32,358 nt of DNA from Octopus bimaculoides (GCF_001194135.2 NC_068983.1:64756440-64788797); one strand, 5' to 3'; shown: positions 1-11,362, counted from the first letter of the stretch. Numbers and translations are program-made. The notes: generated by a model from the sequence alone, not told the origin.

Positions 1-37
1 CGTTGTATGAACAGGATTGGGTATTATAAGTCGTGTA

Positions 38-178
38 TTTTTGTTCTGTGTGTGCCATAAATATCGCCATCCGTTAGAGAAAAAAATTGTAGTTTGGAAT
101 CAGTAGTTCTTTGACTGCTATTTCTAAATGTTCAGTATGTTGGAGAAGCAACTCAAGCTAATCCCTGTATATTTATGA
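38..178 (+). repeat. Direct repeat copy A (141 bp), repeated at 608-749
   Basis: tttttgttctgtgtgtgccataaat...gctaatccctgtatatttatga recurs 570 bp downstream with about 4 differences. Confidence 0.95.
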
Positions 179-504
179 TTATAAATGGTTTTACCGATAA
201 AGGTTTTTTCATACTGGACTACTTGGCAAAAGTGTTAATTATTAATTTTATTACTAATCGACGATTCCCTGCCCTATATCTGTATATTTTATATTGATGC
301 CTCTAAGTTGGATGGTTAAACCGTTATCCCTTCATACGGGATTTTTTATACGGGACTATTTGTGACACACATAGAATAGATTCTTTGGAGTGAAATGTTT
401 TGAACTCATTAGCCGATAAATTTGTAAGTGCCTGCCTCATGTGGTCTTGATGTCGCATGGTCAAAATTCACATGAGTTTATTAGACACTTTCAGATTTAT
501 TAGA

Positions 505-570
505 ATATGGACGCTGAAGAGCGGAATAGGGTAACCTCATACCCTTAACCGTGAAACGTCGTACCCAATT
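505..570 (+). ncRNA. Minimal hammerhead-ribozyme-like motif (PLE terminal-repeat type)
   Basis: CTGAAGA at 514-520 fits CUGANGA. Stem II is GCGG(521-524)/CCGT(549-552), extended by AGGGTA(528-533)/TACCCT(540-545). GAAAC follows at 553-557, then GTC or GTCGTA as candidate cleavage triplet. Stem I pairs only imperfectly. Confidence 0.55.
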
Positions 571-607
571 AACTAAAGGCAGGTTTGTTTTTGCTTTTCT
601 CTTCTGC

Positions 608-749
608 TTTTTGTTCTGTGTGTGCCATAAATATTGCCATCCGTTAGAGAAAAAATTTGTAGTTTTGGAATCAGTAGTTCTTTGACTGCTATTTCTAAAT
701 TTTCAGTATGTTGGAGAAGCAACTCAAGCTAATCCCTGTATATTTATGA
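608..749 (+). repeat. Direct repeat copy A', ends at (TA)n and gap
   Basis: ~97% match to 38-178. Confidence 0.95.
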
Positions 750-987
750 GTATATATATACATATATANNNNNNNNNNNNNNNNNNNNNNNNNNNNNNNN
801 NNNNNNNNNNNNNNNNNNNNNNNNNNNNNNNNNNNNNNNNNNNNNNNNNNNNNNNNNNNNNNNNNNNNNNNNNNNNNNNNNNNNNNNNNNNNNNNNNNNN
901 NNNNNNNNNNNNNNNNNNNNNNNNNNNNNNNNNNNNNNNNNNNNNNNNNNNNNNNNNNNNNNNNNNNNNNNNNNNNNNNNNNNNNNN

Positions 988-996
988 TATATATAT

Positions 997-1036
<40 letters not shown>

Positions 1037-1037
1037 G

Positions 1038-1083
<46 letters not shown>

Positions 1084-1095
1084 TAGATATAGATT
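988..1095. repeat. (TA)n/(ATAG)n microsatellite
   Basis: Direct reading. Confidence 0.97.
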
Positions 1096-2784
1096 TATTT
1101 GGATTTGCTCACACAAATGCACACACACATATACATGCGTGTATATAATTCACTAACAGTGGTGTGGGTGTAATATTTTCATGGTGAATACTCTTTGCAC
1201 GGTGGCCTTCTTACCACTCTCATTCTAGAACAAGTTAAATTAAAATTTAGCAATTTAAATAGTTAAATAGAAACATTCTGCCTCCACATTTTCAGATAAT
1301 ATAATCAACAATTATTTTGGTTCAAAAGCATTTATAAAATGATTTCAAAACTAGATGAATAAATCATAAATGCAAATTCCAAGCAGTATATCTTCATTCT
1401 TCCTACATAATTTTTATTTCAGTCGCACTTCAGTGAACTCTCACAATAACAGGAATCTAGTTTTGTAAAGCCCTTCAAAATTAGCTCATTAAAAAGTATT
1501 ATGATGTAAAAAGTCACCAAAACTGACATTGTATAGCGAATGTTATCGTCTTTAAATCGTCACACTTTCGTCAATTTAGTATTATTCAATTTCTTAACAA
1601 GTATAGTCTTAAGAAAACTAATTGTGAAAACTGCCGCAAGATATGTGCCGCAGATAATCACGCATAAAAATAATGGTCAAATGAAAGAAGTCGTAACGCA
1701 TGATCTCGTTTTAAAATTGTATCACAGCTATATTGATACCCAATTTATGGCATGTCAGCTTTTGAGCAATCTTGTCATTTGATGACGGTCACAATTACAA
1801 CCACCCGTTTGTTACTCCTTATTTGGAAGCGGTTGTAACTTCGATAAATCAAAACCATATCTTGTACGTTGTATTGTAAGCTTATTCGTCTTTGTTGTGC
1901 AACTCACTGCCCTAAATATGTCATTATCTCAATTTTAACACGCCCACATTTCCCACACATATGAACGTAATAAATATATCTTCATCTTCAGTTCACGCAA
2001 GATTCTCAAAACCGTGCTTCATAAAGGGGAAACGTTACCCTCTATGCTTCTAGAAGAGTCAATGCAATTCAAGAAAGACGCAACCAGAAGATTTGCTAGA
2101 CACCTTGAAGTTAGCATAAACTTCAAAATAATGGAATATTTTACGCAGATTGTTTTGCTAAGAGAGAGACTACAATGTACATTTACACTCGGTACTAGAT
2201 GCAAGATAATGACATCAAGCATAAGCCATTTGGTGAGTATCTGAAATGTATTGCTCTACCACTGCTCTTACTCGTACTATGCCACAATCTGCCTTGGCTC
2301 CATGTATGCAGTGTAACGCCTACACCATTAACACTTTCGGAAGCTACTTGAGGCAAATGTGAACCACTTAAAAAATATCCGAATTATACGTAATGCCTGA
2401 AAATACGAAAACGGAAAACAACTTCGGATGTTACATTGGTTGCAAAGATTCAAGAAATCCTGACTTACCACAATTACGAAAAATGGCGTTGCTTGAAACT
2501 CTGGTGAGGTAATACAAAAAGTGTTCTCCTGCGCCTTCCAAAAATTCACATCCTTCGTTCCTGTCATGTTAGCTTTCATGCGGTCATTGAAGTTTACTCA
2601 GACGATCAAAATCAGCGTTTTAAGAAGAATATGCTTGATTTTAAATGAAGCTACCAAGAAGCATATAACAATTATAAAACGGGACACTGTCTTTGGTGTT
2701 AATAAGGCAAAAAACTCAACATTGCAATTGGAAATCTTACAAAAGTACTCACCCCTAAAATTTTGCGACCACCTTTATATAACT

Positions 2785-3041
2785 TGCACTGGAACTTTGT
2801 CGGTTACGACGACGAGGGATTCAGTGGAACAAATCAACGGAATAGCCTGCCCAGGAAACTAACCTGCAAGTGATGGACACTATATAGACAAGCGTACCCT
2901 TAGTGTAGTTCTGTAGGAGATTCAACGTGAGACAAAATTTGACATGGCTGCCCCATTGAAATACAGATACTATTCATTTTTGCCAGCGGAGTAGACTGGA
3001 GCAACGTGAAACAAAGTGTCTTGGTCAAGGACAAATGTCGC
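2785..3041 (-). mobile_element. 5'-truncated SINE (CORE/Meta-like central domain)
   Basis: Minus strand reads CCTTGACCAAGACACTTTGTTTCACGTTGCTCCAGTCTACTCCGCTGGCAAAAATGA. The same block occurs at 23750-23795. Tail ...CCCTCGTCGTCGTAACCGAC. Family assignment is from recall. Confidence 0.8.
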
Positions 3042-3219
3042 AAACTATTTTTTGATAGAAAGAACACCGATCAAGTAGCAGCTCTGACTCAACGTAAATA
3101 AAACAAAGTTCACACTGAAGATAAAGCAGCATATCTGCCTTAAACGCATAACGGCTAAGTAGATATCCCAACGGCTTTATATTAAAACCAACATATCCCA
3201 TGCGTTAATAAGAGATATC

Positions 3220-3429
3220 CTTTTCTACTCTCGGTACAAGATCCGAGATATTTTGGGAGGGGGCCAATCGATTAGAACGACCCTAGTTCGCAGCTGGTAC
3301 TTAATCTATCAACCACAAGACGATGAAAGGCAAAGTCGACCTCGACGGAACGTGAACTCAGAACGGAGACAGACGAAATACCGCTAAGCATTTCCCCCGG
3401 CGAGCTAACTTTTCTGCCAGCTTGCCGCC
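3220..3429 (-). mobile_element. tRNA-derived SINE with Nin/Deu-like domain, copy 1
   Basis: Minus strand has head GGCGGCAAGCTGGCAGAAAAGTTAGC...GAGTTCACGTTCC (A/B-box-like), then GTCGACTTTGCCTTTCATCGTCTTGTGGTTGATAGATTAAGTACCAG, tail ...GAGTAGAAAAG. Confidence 0.88.
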
Positions 3430-3449
3430 ATATAAAAGTTATAAATATT

Positions 3450-3617
3450 CTTTTCTACTCTAGGCACAAAGCCCGAAATTTTGGGAGAGGGGACCAGTCG
3501 ATTAGATCGATCCCAGTATGCAACTGGTACTTAATTTATCAACCACGAAAAGATGAAAGGCAAAGTTGACCTCGACGGAATTTGAACCCAGCGTTCAAAC
3601 ATTTCTGCCAGCTCACC
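3450..3617 (-). mobile_element. Same SINE family, copy 2 (internal deletion in the head)
   Basis: Aligns with 3220-3429 from CTTTTCTACTC to TTTCTGCCAGCT; ~40 bp of head region missing. Confidence 0.88.
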
Positions 3618-6600
3618 CTTTCCAAACCGAAACATATTGCAAAATGACAGATATATATTTTCAATATACAAGTCGTATAACATTCCAACTCTAATTCTGT
3701 TAAATAGTAATTCTAATGTATAACCACTTGCATCAATTTAATTTCAAATAGCCAAAACGCTAGAGGAAATTAAAGAGAAGTTTAAATAGATAATATTTAT
3801 AGCAGCTGAAGAGAAGTAACAGAAAATTAAACTGGAGGTTTCGTCAACAAAATGCTAGTCACGATAAGAAAACTAAAAACATAGTCATAGTAGTATTTAA
3901 CTAAATAATTTATTTTACATCGTGTGTAGTAACCAATGCTGATAGCAAGGAAATAAAAGCAAAATTAGAAAACATAACAGAACGTTGGAGAAGCTGTGCA
4001 ATAGAAGAGAGCCATATCACAAAAATGCACGAAATTGGATAAATTCCAAAAACAGGAGCAATGATATTATGCAACACCAAGAGACAAAAATATATATAGA
4101 GAAACGAGTAACGTGATCTTAAAATGACGAAAACAAAAACCGAAAAATTGTATTTCATCAGGTGAAAGATGTGGAATAGAGTCTTAATACACGAATAATA
4201 AATTAATTCAAAGAAAACCAAATGCTTTGAGAAGATAGATGGAAATATTATAGAAAATTAAATGTCAAAACTATAACCGTAGAAGATCCGTCAAATAAAA
4301 TAATACGAAAACTTACGAAAATTTGTCAAGTACTGACTCAAGAAAAGTAGGTCAACTGACATACCAACAGATAAGTTAAAATGAACGGCCAATCGTAACG
4401 GTTTTTTAAAATATATTCGTTAACAATAGATCAACATAATTAGTAAACTAGCTGAATTTCATAGATTTATTAACTGGGTTATGTAATTGTAAAGGTCAAC
4501 TGAAAAGCAACTGATGGAACAAATATGAGAAAACTCAAACCACAAGCAGAAATTAAATACTACCTGAATAGATTATTGAAAAGGTGAACAATATTGTCCC
4601 ACATATATGCATAACTGGGTTGATAGTTATGTATACATCATAACCAGTGTTTAAAATAAGCATGAAAGTTACTAAACCAGCATAGAGAAACCATGTCGTA
4701 CAAAATCCCTTTAGCAGGTGGTATAAAAACTTCTTATTATTTAAAATGTAAATATTAGATTTTCAGTTCTCTCTGGCAATTCTTCCATTCTGCATAGCTT
4801 TAAATCCTACTTGGGATAGTCAGAAACAACCAAGGACAAAGGGCGAGTATTTACACAATAATGATATGATTATATCAGGTGGGCGAAAGTGTTGTGAAAG
4901 TTTCCTCCAGCCTGTCACCTATTGTATCTGTGATATCAACTCGGCGTTTGTTCGTGTCAGTTATGTCAGATATACATTTAATTGGTATAGGGTAACTAGG
5001 ACTACCAGCCCAGAAAAATTAGTCATACTTTGACTGAGTTATACAGCAGACTACAATAAAGTAAATATAACTGTGAAGGATGCGACATCTATGCATTTTA
5101 ACAGTAATCCCTGATTTAATTTTGCAAAATGAGATACAAATCTAGAAAATTAACATACGTTTCCAATGCATTTCTCAAAATTTGATCATCACATGATTCC
5201 ATGGGCCAGAATTACGAAAAATTTTCAAACCACTTTAGTCCATAAAACTGGAAAGTAGGGCTAACTAGAACTGATAGCATGATTCTTTTCGTGAATAAGT
5301 AATGTGAATTTGTGATGAACATTCATTGTGGAATATATGTAGTCACAAGAACCTAATTTTTAAGAACATAGAAACGTACGTCAAACTAATTCAAGAAAAT
5401 GTAAACTGTTATTCTCTGAGATAGGCAGATATAGACACTCGAGATGATAAGGAAAAAACAAGCAGACATCATTATAAGGACATATTATCTATGCGCTGTA
5501 CACACATATTATAGCTTCCTGGAATAACAATATTTTAGTAAAGGAACGTGATACATTATCCAACTATAACGATATGAAGACATTGGTAGCACGAACATTG
5601 TGAGAAGCATGATACGAATAAGGATCTTGAAACTAGTACTTAAAATATAAGAAGAATATTTAATACGTAAAATATCTGTTAAATAATAAGGGTTGAAATG
5701 AAATCTCCTCTGCATTTCCATTTACGTGCACGTGATAAAATAGAGGTATGAATTATAATCTTGATACAGACTTTATGTAATGTTAATCCAATGGCAAATA
5801 AAATATTGGCAATCAAAACTATACTTGGCATTTTACTGAGGATCAATATTGGTCCAACTATTGTAAATGTATGGATAAACATTTTTATTGCTTACTTAGC
5901 TGAGCGTTCGCCTAAACTCCTTCATTAATTTTTGTCCTATAAATTGTACTGTTTTTGTCTTTGCACTTTCGAATAAATGTGACTGTAGTGTATACTTAAG
6001 ATATTTTATCTGTAACATACTACTAAGCGTTTAGAATTTAGATGATGAAATGTTATTTTCATTATCTGCAAAGAAGATTGCTATACAGGTCAATTTATAT
6101 CAACATCATCAGCGTCATACGTTCATATGTTAATGTACCATTATCTAAAATCTACCCAAATTTAGTTACACTTAATCTCTTTATGCTTTTGCTAGGATCA
6201 CTCACTAGTTTAACTATCCAAACGCCAGACTATTTTCTTCGTAAAATTACAACAGTTTTCTCGTTCAATCGCCAAATCGGTTTAGCATTTCTGTAAATAA
6301 TTACAAGGAAATGTCACCGAAACTATCTAGTAAACAGCCATCTCTTATGAAGTTTATTGTATCCAAAACATGGTAAGGAAATTTTCAGTTAAGTGTTAAA
6401 TTCGATATATACTTTTTTCTCGTAAGAGTCCAATAATATTTTAACACATTAATGTAACGTGTTAATGTATTGGTTAAGAACAGTGATCGAAAACATCTCT
6501 CTTATATAACATTTGATAATAAACTTATACAATGTTACAAAAGTTAATGATACACGTTATTATGCGGTGGACGTTAATTTATAGAGTTAAAGTTGTTTTA

Positions 6601-6642
6601 AAAAATGAAATATGAGCTTATACACTTTCATCATAGACATAA

Positions 6643-6736
6643 ATGGAAATATTACAACTAAATGTAATAAATGCAATTAGTACATCTAGCTGTAATATTT
6701 CATTGCATTTATTACATCTAGTTGTAATATTTCCAT
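6643..6736. repeat. 35-bp inverted repeat (fold-back) with 24-nt spacer
   Basis: 6643-6677 is the reverse complement of 6702-6736 with one mismatch. Confidence 0.93.
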
Positions 6737-6935
6737 GAAAGAAAGGTCAATGCAATCTACTTGATTATGTCTCTATCAATTCATGACGATAGATTTTTGA
6801 AAGAGTTGAAAAAACTTTTCCTCTACATTCGCAAACGCGAATGACGTCAAGATTCTCATGTTTATCCAAAATTTAACTATTGACAGGATAATCTTGTTAT
6901 CTGGATTTTAATGATTGCAAAGTCATAATTTCATC

Positions 6936-6999
6936 CGAAGTCAAATTTTAAGTGTAATAAATGTATTCGAAGTCAAATTTTAAGTGTAATAAATGTATT
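6936..6999 (+). repeat. Perfect 32-bp tandem duplication
   Basis: CGAAGTCAAATTTTAAGTGTAATAAATGTATT x2. Confidence 0.95.
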
Positions 7000-8137
7000 A
7001 AATAAAACGCGACATATTTCCGTTATTTAGTGATCAAATTTAAGATTTCCCTTTAATCAAATTACGTCTGAATTACCGGAGCAGTAACCCTTCAATGCGG
7101 AGAAGTAGTGGCTCCACAAAAGGAGACTACCTGGTCGAGTATCATTATTCTAGATGTTTTCTGATGGTTCCCCATATCGGCAGCTTTTATTCCTGATTGT
7201 AGTCTTTAAGACATTATACAAAACCTCTGACAACATGCGTGGATAGGCACGAAAACCGAATCAAAGATAGTGTGTTTCAGGTTTTTGTCAACATCTCCTC
7301 TTCTGAAACCTTTACTCTGAGGAATAGAAGACAGAAAAGATGGATGGATGAATGGGAAATAGTGAATATGACGCACAAAAACATCACTTCGGTCTTGTCT
7401 GAATATAGGACTGGTAAATAAAACGAAGTAGTGAAGCATTCCTTGAAGGTTTTTGTCACATCAAAAGAGAGCCATTGAGGCGAATATTAAAAACAGCAAA
7501 CCATTCTCATTCAACCAAAATTTGCTATTTAACAAGAGGAAATGCATCAGACACCATGTTTCTCACTGAATAGCGTTTGACTGAATGTGATAGTAAAATG
7601 AGATTGTCACGGCTCGAAAGGCTGGTGAGAGATATTCTCGATTAGAACCAAACTAGGTATCAATATGAAGAATACCGACGATTTTCTATTCCTATAAATT
7701 TCTTCTTGAGACAGGGCGTCTCTCAAAAGTCACTAGAAGCATTTTTAACTTATCGATAAATGTGAGTAATTAGTCGATGAAAATTCAATTTCTACAAATC
7801 CAGGATCGTTACTTTGATATAAGAAAAAAAGTACAATATATGATACCAGCAAATAAATTCGCCTAAAAAGTTTGCTATAATTAATTTTCTTATATTTACT
7901 TTGATTATAAACGAAACTTGTGGCTAACATTAATTTCAACAGAGGTGCCTAAAATAGATATGTCGGACATCTTGGACACAGATTGCACTCATCTCCCATC
8001 AGATGCATACGCAACCAAACCAACACAACACAGCAATACGCACAGGCATATACTTCGTTTTATGATAAATTTGATATTCATAATTCACCCAGAGAGAAAT
8101 ATATTAAATATACGCATGCATATATAATGCATTGTTG

Positions 8138-8276
8138 GCGGATTTGGTAGAAAGAAACTGAAAGAGCGCACTATGTCTTACCGGTTAGGCAAAAACAGAC
8201 CGACAGAATAAGTACAATGCTTACAGAGAGTAAGTCATGGGATCGATTACTTCCACTAAAACCCTTTAAGGCGCTG
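8138..8276 (+). mobile_element. Degenerate internal fragment of an octopus-type SINE
   Basis: GGATTTGGTAGAAAGAAACTGAAAG resembles the minus-strand block near 14315-14345. It is followed by CGGTTAGGCAAAAACAGACCGACAGAATAAGTAC...GGGATCGATT...TAAGGCG, which matches a recalled SINE consensus. Confidence 0.6.
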
Positions 8277-8313
8277 ATTTTTATTGAATAAAGAAGAGAA
8301 AGCGGAAATGTTT

Positions 8314-8463
<150 letters not shown>

Positions 8464-8559
8464 TAATAGGGAGTTTGAAAGAGTGATACGGAAGTTTGCG
8501 TCGAAGAGATAGAGAAAGGAAAGTTTTATGAGGGATAGAATGTGAAATAAAGAGTCTGA

Positions 8560-9200
8560 AACAAGTGGTGTCGTTATGCGTAGGAGAGAAAATAGATGGT
8601 ATTTAAGGGGTTGGAAGAAAGAGAGAGAAAGAGAGGAAGGTACCGCAGATGATTCTAAAATAGTGTACATTACGTATGTGCAAAAAAATAGAAATATATA
8701 ACTTTAGGTACGTCCGAGAGAGCGGGAGAGCGAAAGAATGTTTAAGGAGAGGATGTAAGTGTATAAACAGTGTGCAATTTAACGGACGTCCAGAGAACGA
8801 GAGAGGAAATATTTAATAGAGTGCAACGAGAGAAAGAACGTTTAAGGAGAGAATGTAAGAGAGTCTAAATAGTGTGCAACTTTACAGACGTCCAGAGCGA
8901 GGGGCGAGAGAGAGAGAGAGAGGTGATGTTATGCACTGAAAAAGGGTTCAAGAGAAGGTGAAAGAGAGAAAATGGCATCGTTAAGCGCTAAGGCGACTCT
9001 AAATAGTGTACTTTAATTAGGTTCAGGAATCTATATATATAACTAGGAACGTTCGGAAAGAGAAAGAGACAATGTTTAAAGACTCGAGTAATATTTATTT
9101 AATACTAGGAGTGTTTAAGATGAGAGTGGAAGAACGAAAGATGATACGGAATGGCGTCGTTAAGTGCTGAGAGGAACCGAAGTATTAGACTTTAAGGACG
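8560..9200 (+). repeat. Old, diverged purine-rich tandem array
   Basis: Recurring motifs: GAAYGTTTAAGGAGA (~8736, ~8837), TAAAYAGTGTRCA (~8657, 8764, 8866, 8999), GACGTCCAGAG (~8786, 8887), TGGYRTCGTTAWG (~8566, 8973, 9152). Confidence 0.6.
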
Positions 9201-10001
9201 ACAGCGTTAAGAATTGAAAAATACTTATCTAACAGAAGGAAGTTGAAGAAGAGAGTGAAAGAAAGAACGAAGAAAAAGTATGAGGTCGCTACATGCAAAA
9301 ATAAATCGAAATAATAAACGTCAAGGACGTTCGATCAAGTACTACATATAAACAAGGAAATCTGTAGAAAGTAAAGTGATTGAGGATTTTAAAAAAAAAA
9401 GGCTCAAAATACTTAACTTTAGCAAATTTTGAATAAAATACTTGCTTTGAATGCGTGAAAGTTATAAGTTCGTCTTACCTTAGAATCTTGTCAGAAAACG
9501 AAAACAAACTTACTGAATGGAATACGATTAATATTTTTGATCAAGTCTACGGACACGCGTTTGAGTTTCGCTTTAGCAATAAGATTACATAATTAAGGAG
9601 AAACGAACATGGACTAAGTCATTTAAAGAGTATCTTAATGTCCTGGAANNNNNNNNNNNNNNNNNNNNNNNNNNNNNNNNNNNNNNNNNNNNNNNNNNNN
9701 NNNNNNNNNNNNNNNNNNNNNNNNNNNNNNNNNNNNNNNNNNNNNNNNNNNNNNNNNNNNNNNNNNNNNNNNNNNNNNNNNNNNNNNNNNNNNNNNNNNN
9801 NNNNNNNNNNNNNNNNNNNNNNNNNNNNNNNNNNNNNNNNNNNNNNNNNNNNNNNNNNNNNNNNNNNNNNNNNNNNNNNNNNNNNNNNNNNNNNNNNNNN
9901 NNNNNNNNNNNNNNNNNNNNNNNNNNNNNNNNNNNNNNNNNNNNNNNNNNNNNNNNNNNNNNNNNNNNNNNNNNNNNNNNNNNNNNNNNNNNNNNNNNNN
10001 N

Positions 10002-10037
<36 letters not shown>

Positions 10038-10140
10038 TACACATATACATATAATTCTATATAATACATCTATACATATATCTATACTTATGCATCTATA
10101 TGTATATACATATATACATATACATCTTATTTTTTATGAA

Positions 10141-10618
10141 GTACGTGGTTTCAAATCATTCCGAGATAAATCGTCACGTGGGTGAAATTTATAGGGAAGG
10201 ATGCAATCAACAAGGATTTTTAGAAAATGATGAGCATTGGGACTTTGCATTGACTGAATCATCTGTATCAGATTCTCCAATGATACTCTGTAACTTTTTC
10301 AGTTATATTGAACAGCTTTGGATGAAACATCGTGAGAACATGGCTGAGGACTTAATGTAGGCAGTTCATCAGGTAAATCCAGATCTCAATATTCAGTTCT
10401 CTGAAACAACATTTAACCAAGCACTAATTGTAATTGAGGATCAAGTTTTGGACATGGGAGGCAAAAAGTGGCAAGAATCTGTCTCTGGTCTGTCAAATAC
10501 AAACCGTCAAATTAGTGATTTAGCAAGAGACAAATTATGACATCACAGACTTGGGTGCATTTGAGAAGGAAAACGAACCTAAGCTACTCCTAGAACAACG
10601 CTGTGCACATGATAAAAA
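10141..10618 (+). mobile_element. Helitron Rep/Helicase ORF remnant (region just upstream of the PIF1 helicase)
   Basis: With frameshifts: VRGFKSF..YREGCNQQGFLENDEHWDFALTES..LWMKHRENMAEDL*..NPDLNIQFSETTFNQALIVIEDQVLDMGGK..YDITDLGAFEKENEPKLLLEQRCAHD. This matches the Helitron pattern YREAC..GLLEDD.HW..L.EA / LW.K..E.M.ED / NQAL..IED / YD...L..N...L..EQR. Confidence 0.88.
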
Positions 10619-11362
10619 CTTTTGTTTTTTATTATTATTTATTAATTCATAATAGAATTTATGGATAAAAATCCCGTTAATGATTTTTATCAAGTAGTCA
10701 GCATGCTCTAAAAAAATTATAGGTATTTTCTACATTAAGTTAATAAGCTACATATGTATATAATTCTATCAAGGGAGCAAACGACCTATCTACAGCATAC
10801 TTGAAGTGCTGATACCTTGAAAAAATTACCAAAAAACACCAGATAAATATACAGATAGCTGAAAGCGGGCTATTTACAGAAAATTAAAAAGACCTCACGT
10901 TCATTGTGAATTGGTTCCAATATCTGGAATAAAGCAAAAAAATAAGCCTTCTTCGTTCGTCAACACTATACACAAGGGAAATAAAAGCCCAAATAATTGT
11001 ACATACCATCCAAAGCAGGACCCCACGTCTACATACAAATATTTGCACGTATTGATTTAATTCTAAATTCCCTCACGGCAGCCAACGTGTATATTATAAG
11101 TACATTCAAGCAGTAAATGTTATTCCGGTCAGGAGGAAAAATAATTAAATTATTTTACTTCAATTATTTAATTCATAATAGAACATAAGGATAAAAATCA
11201 TGTTAATGATATTATCAAATATTTTTTGTTTCCTTTCTTTTTTTTTTGCATTATTTAGTCAGAACTGACTTCCCAATTGAAAAGTAAATTGAATTTAGAA
11301 TAATAAATCTCTATACAACATATTTTGCATTCTTTTTCCAATATATAAGAAACAATTTAATT

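Noticed and set aside
1945-1995. Minus-strand CTGAAGA...GAAA
   Set aside because: The hairpin does not abut GAAA and there is no stem I or III; chance match.
2460-2510. Strong minus-strand donor TG|GTAAGT with a possible 32-nt exon, and plus-strand GTGAGT/GTGAGG donors nearby
   Set aside because: Conflicting strands and no recognisable product; such hexamers are frequent by chance.
6826-6850. Small hairpin ATTCGC-AAAC-GCGAAT next to a TGACGTCA (CRE-like) palindrome
   Set aside because: Single short motif with no promoter context.
7080-7750. Higher-complexity stretch with overlapping 60-77 aa ORFs on both strands
   Set aside because: No motif recognised in any frame.
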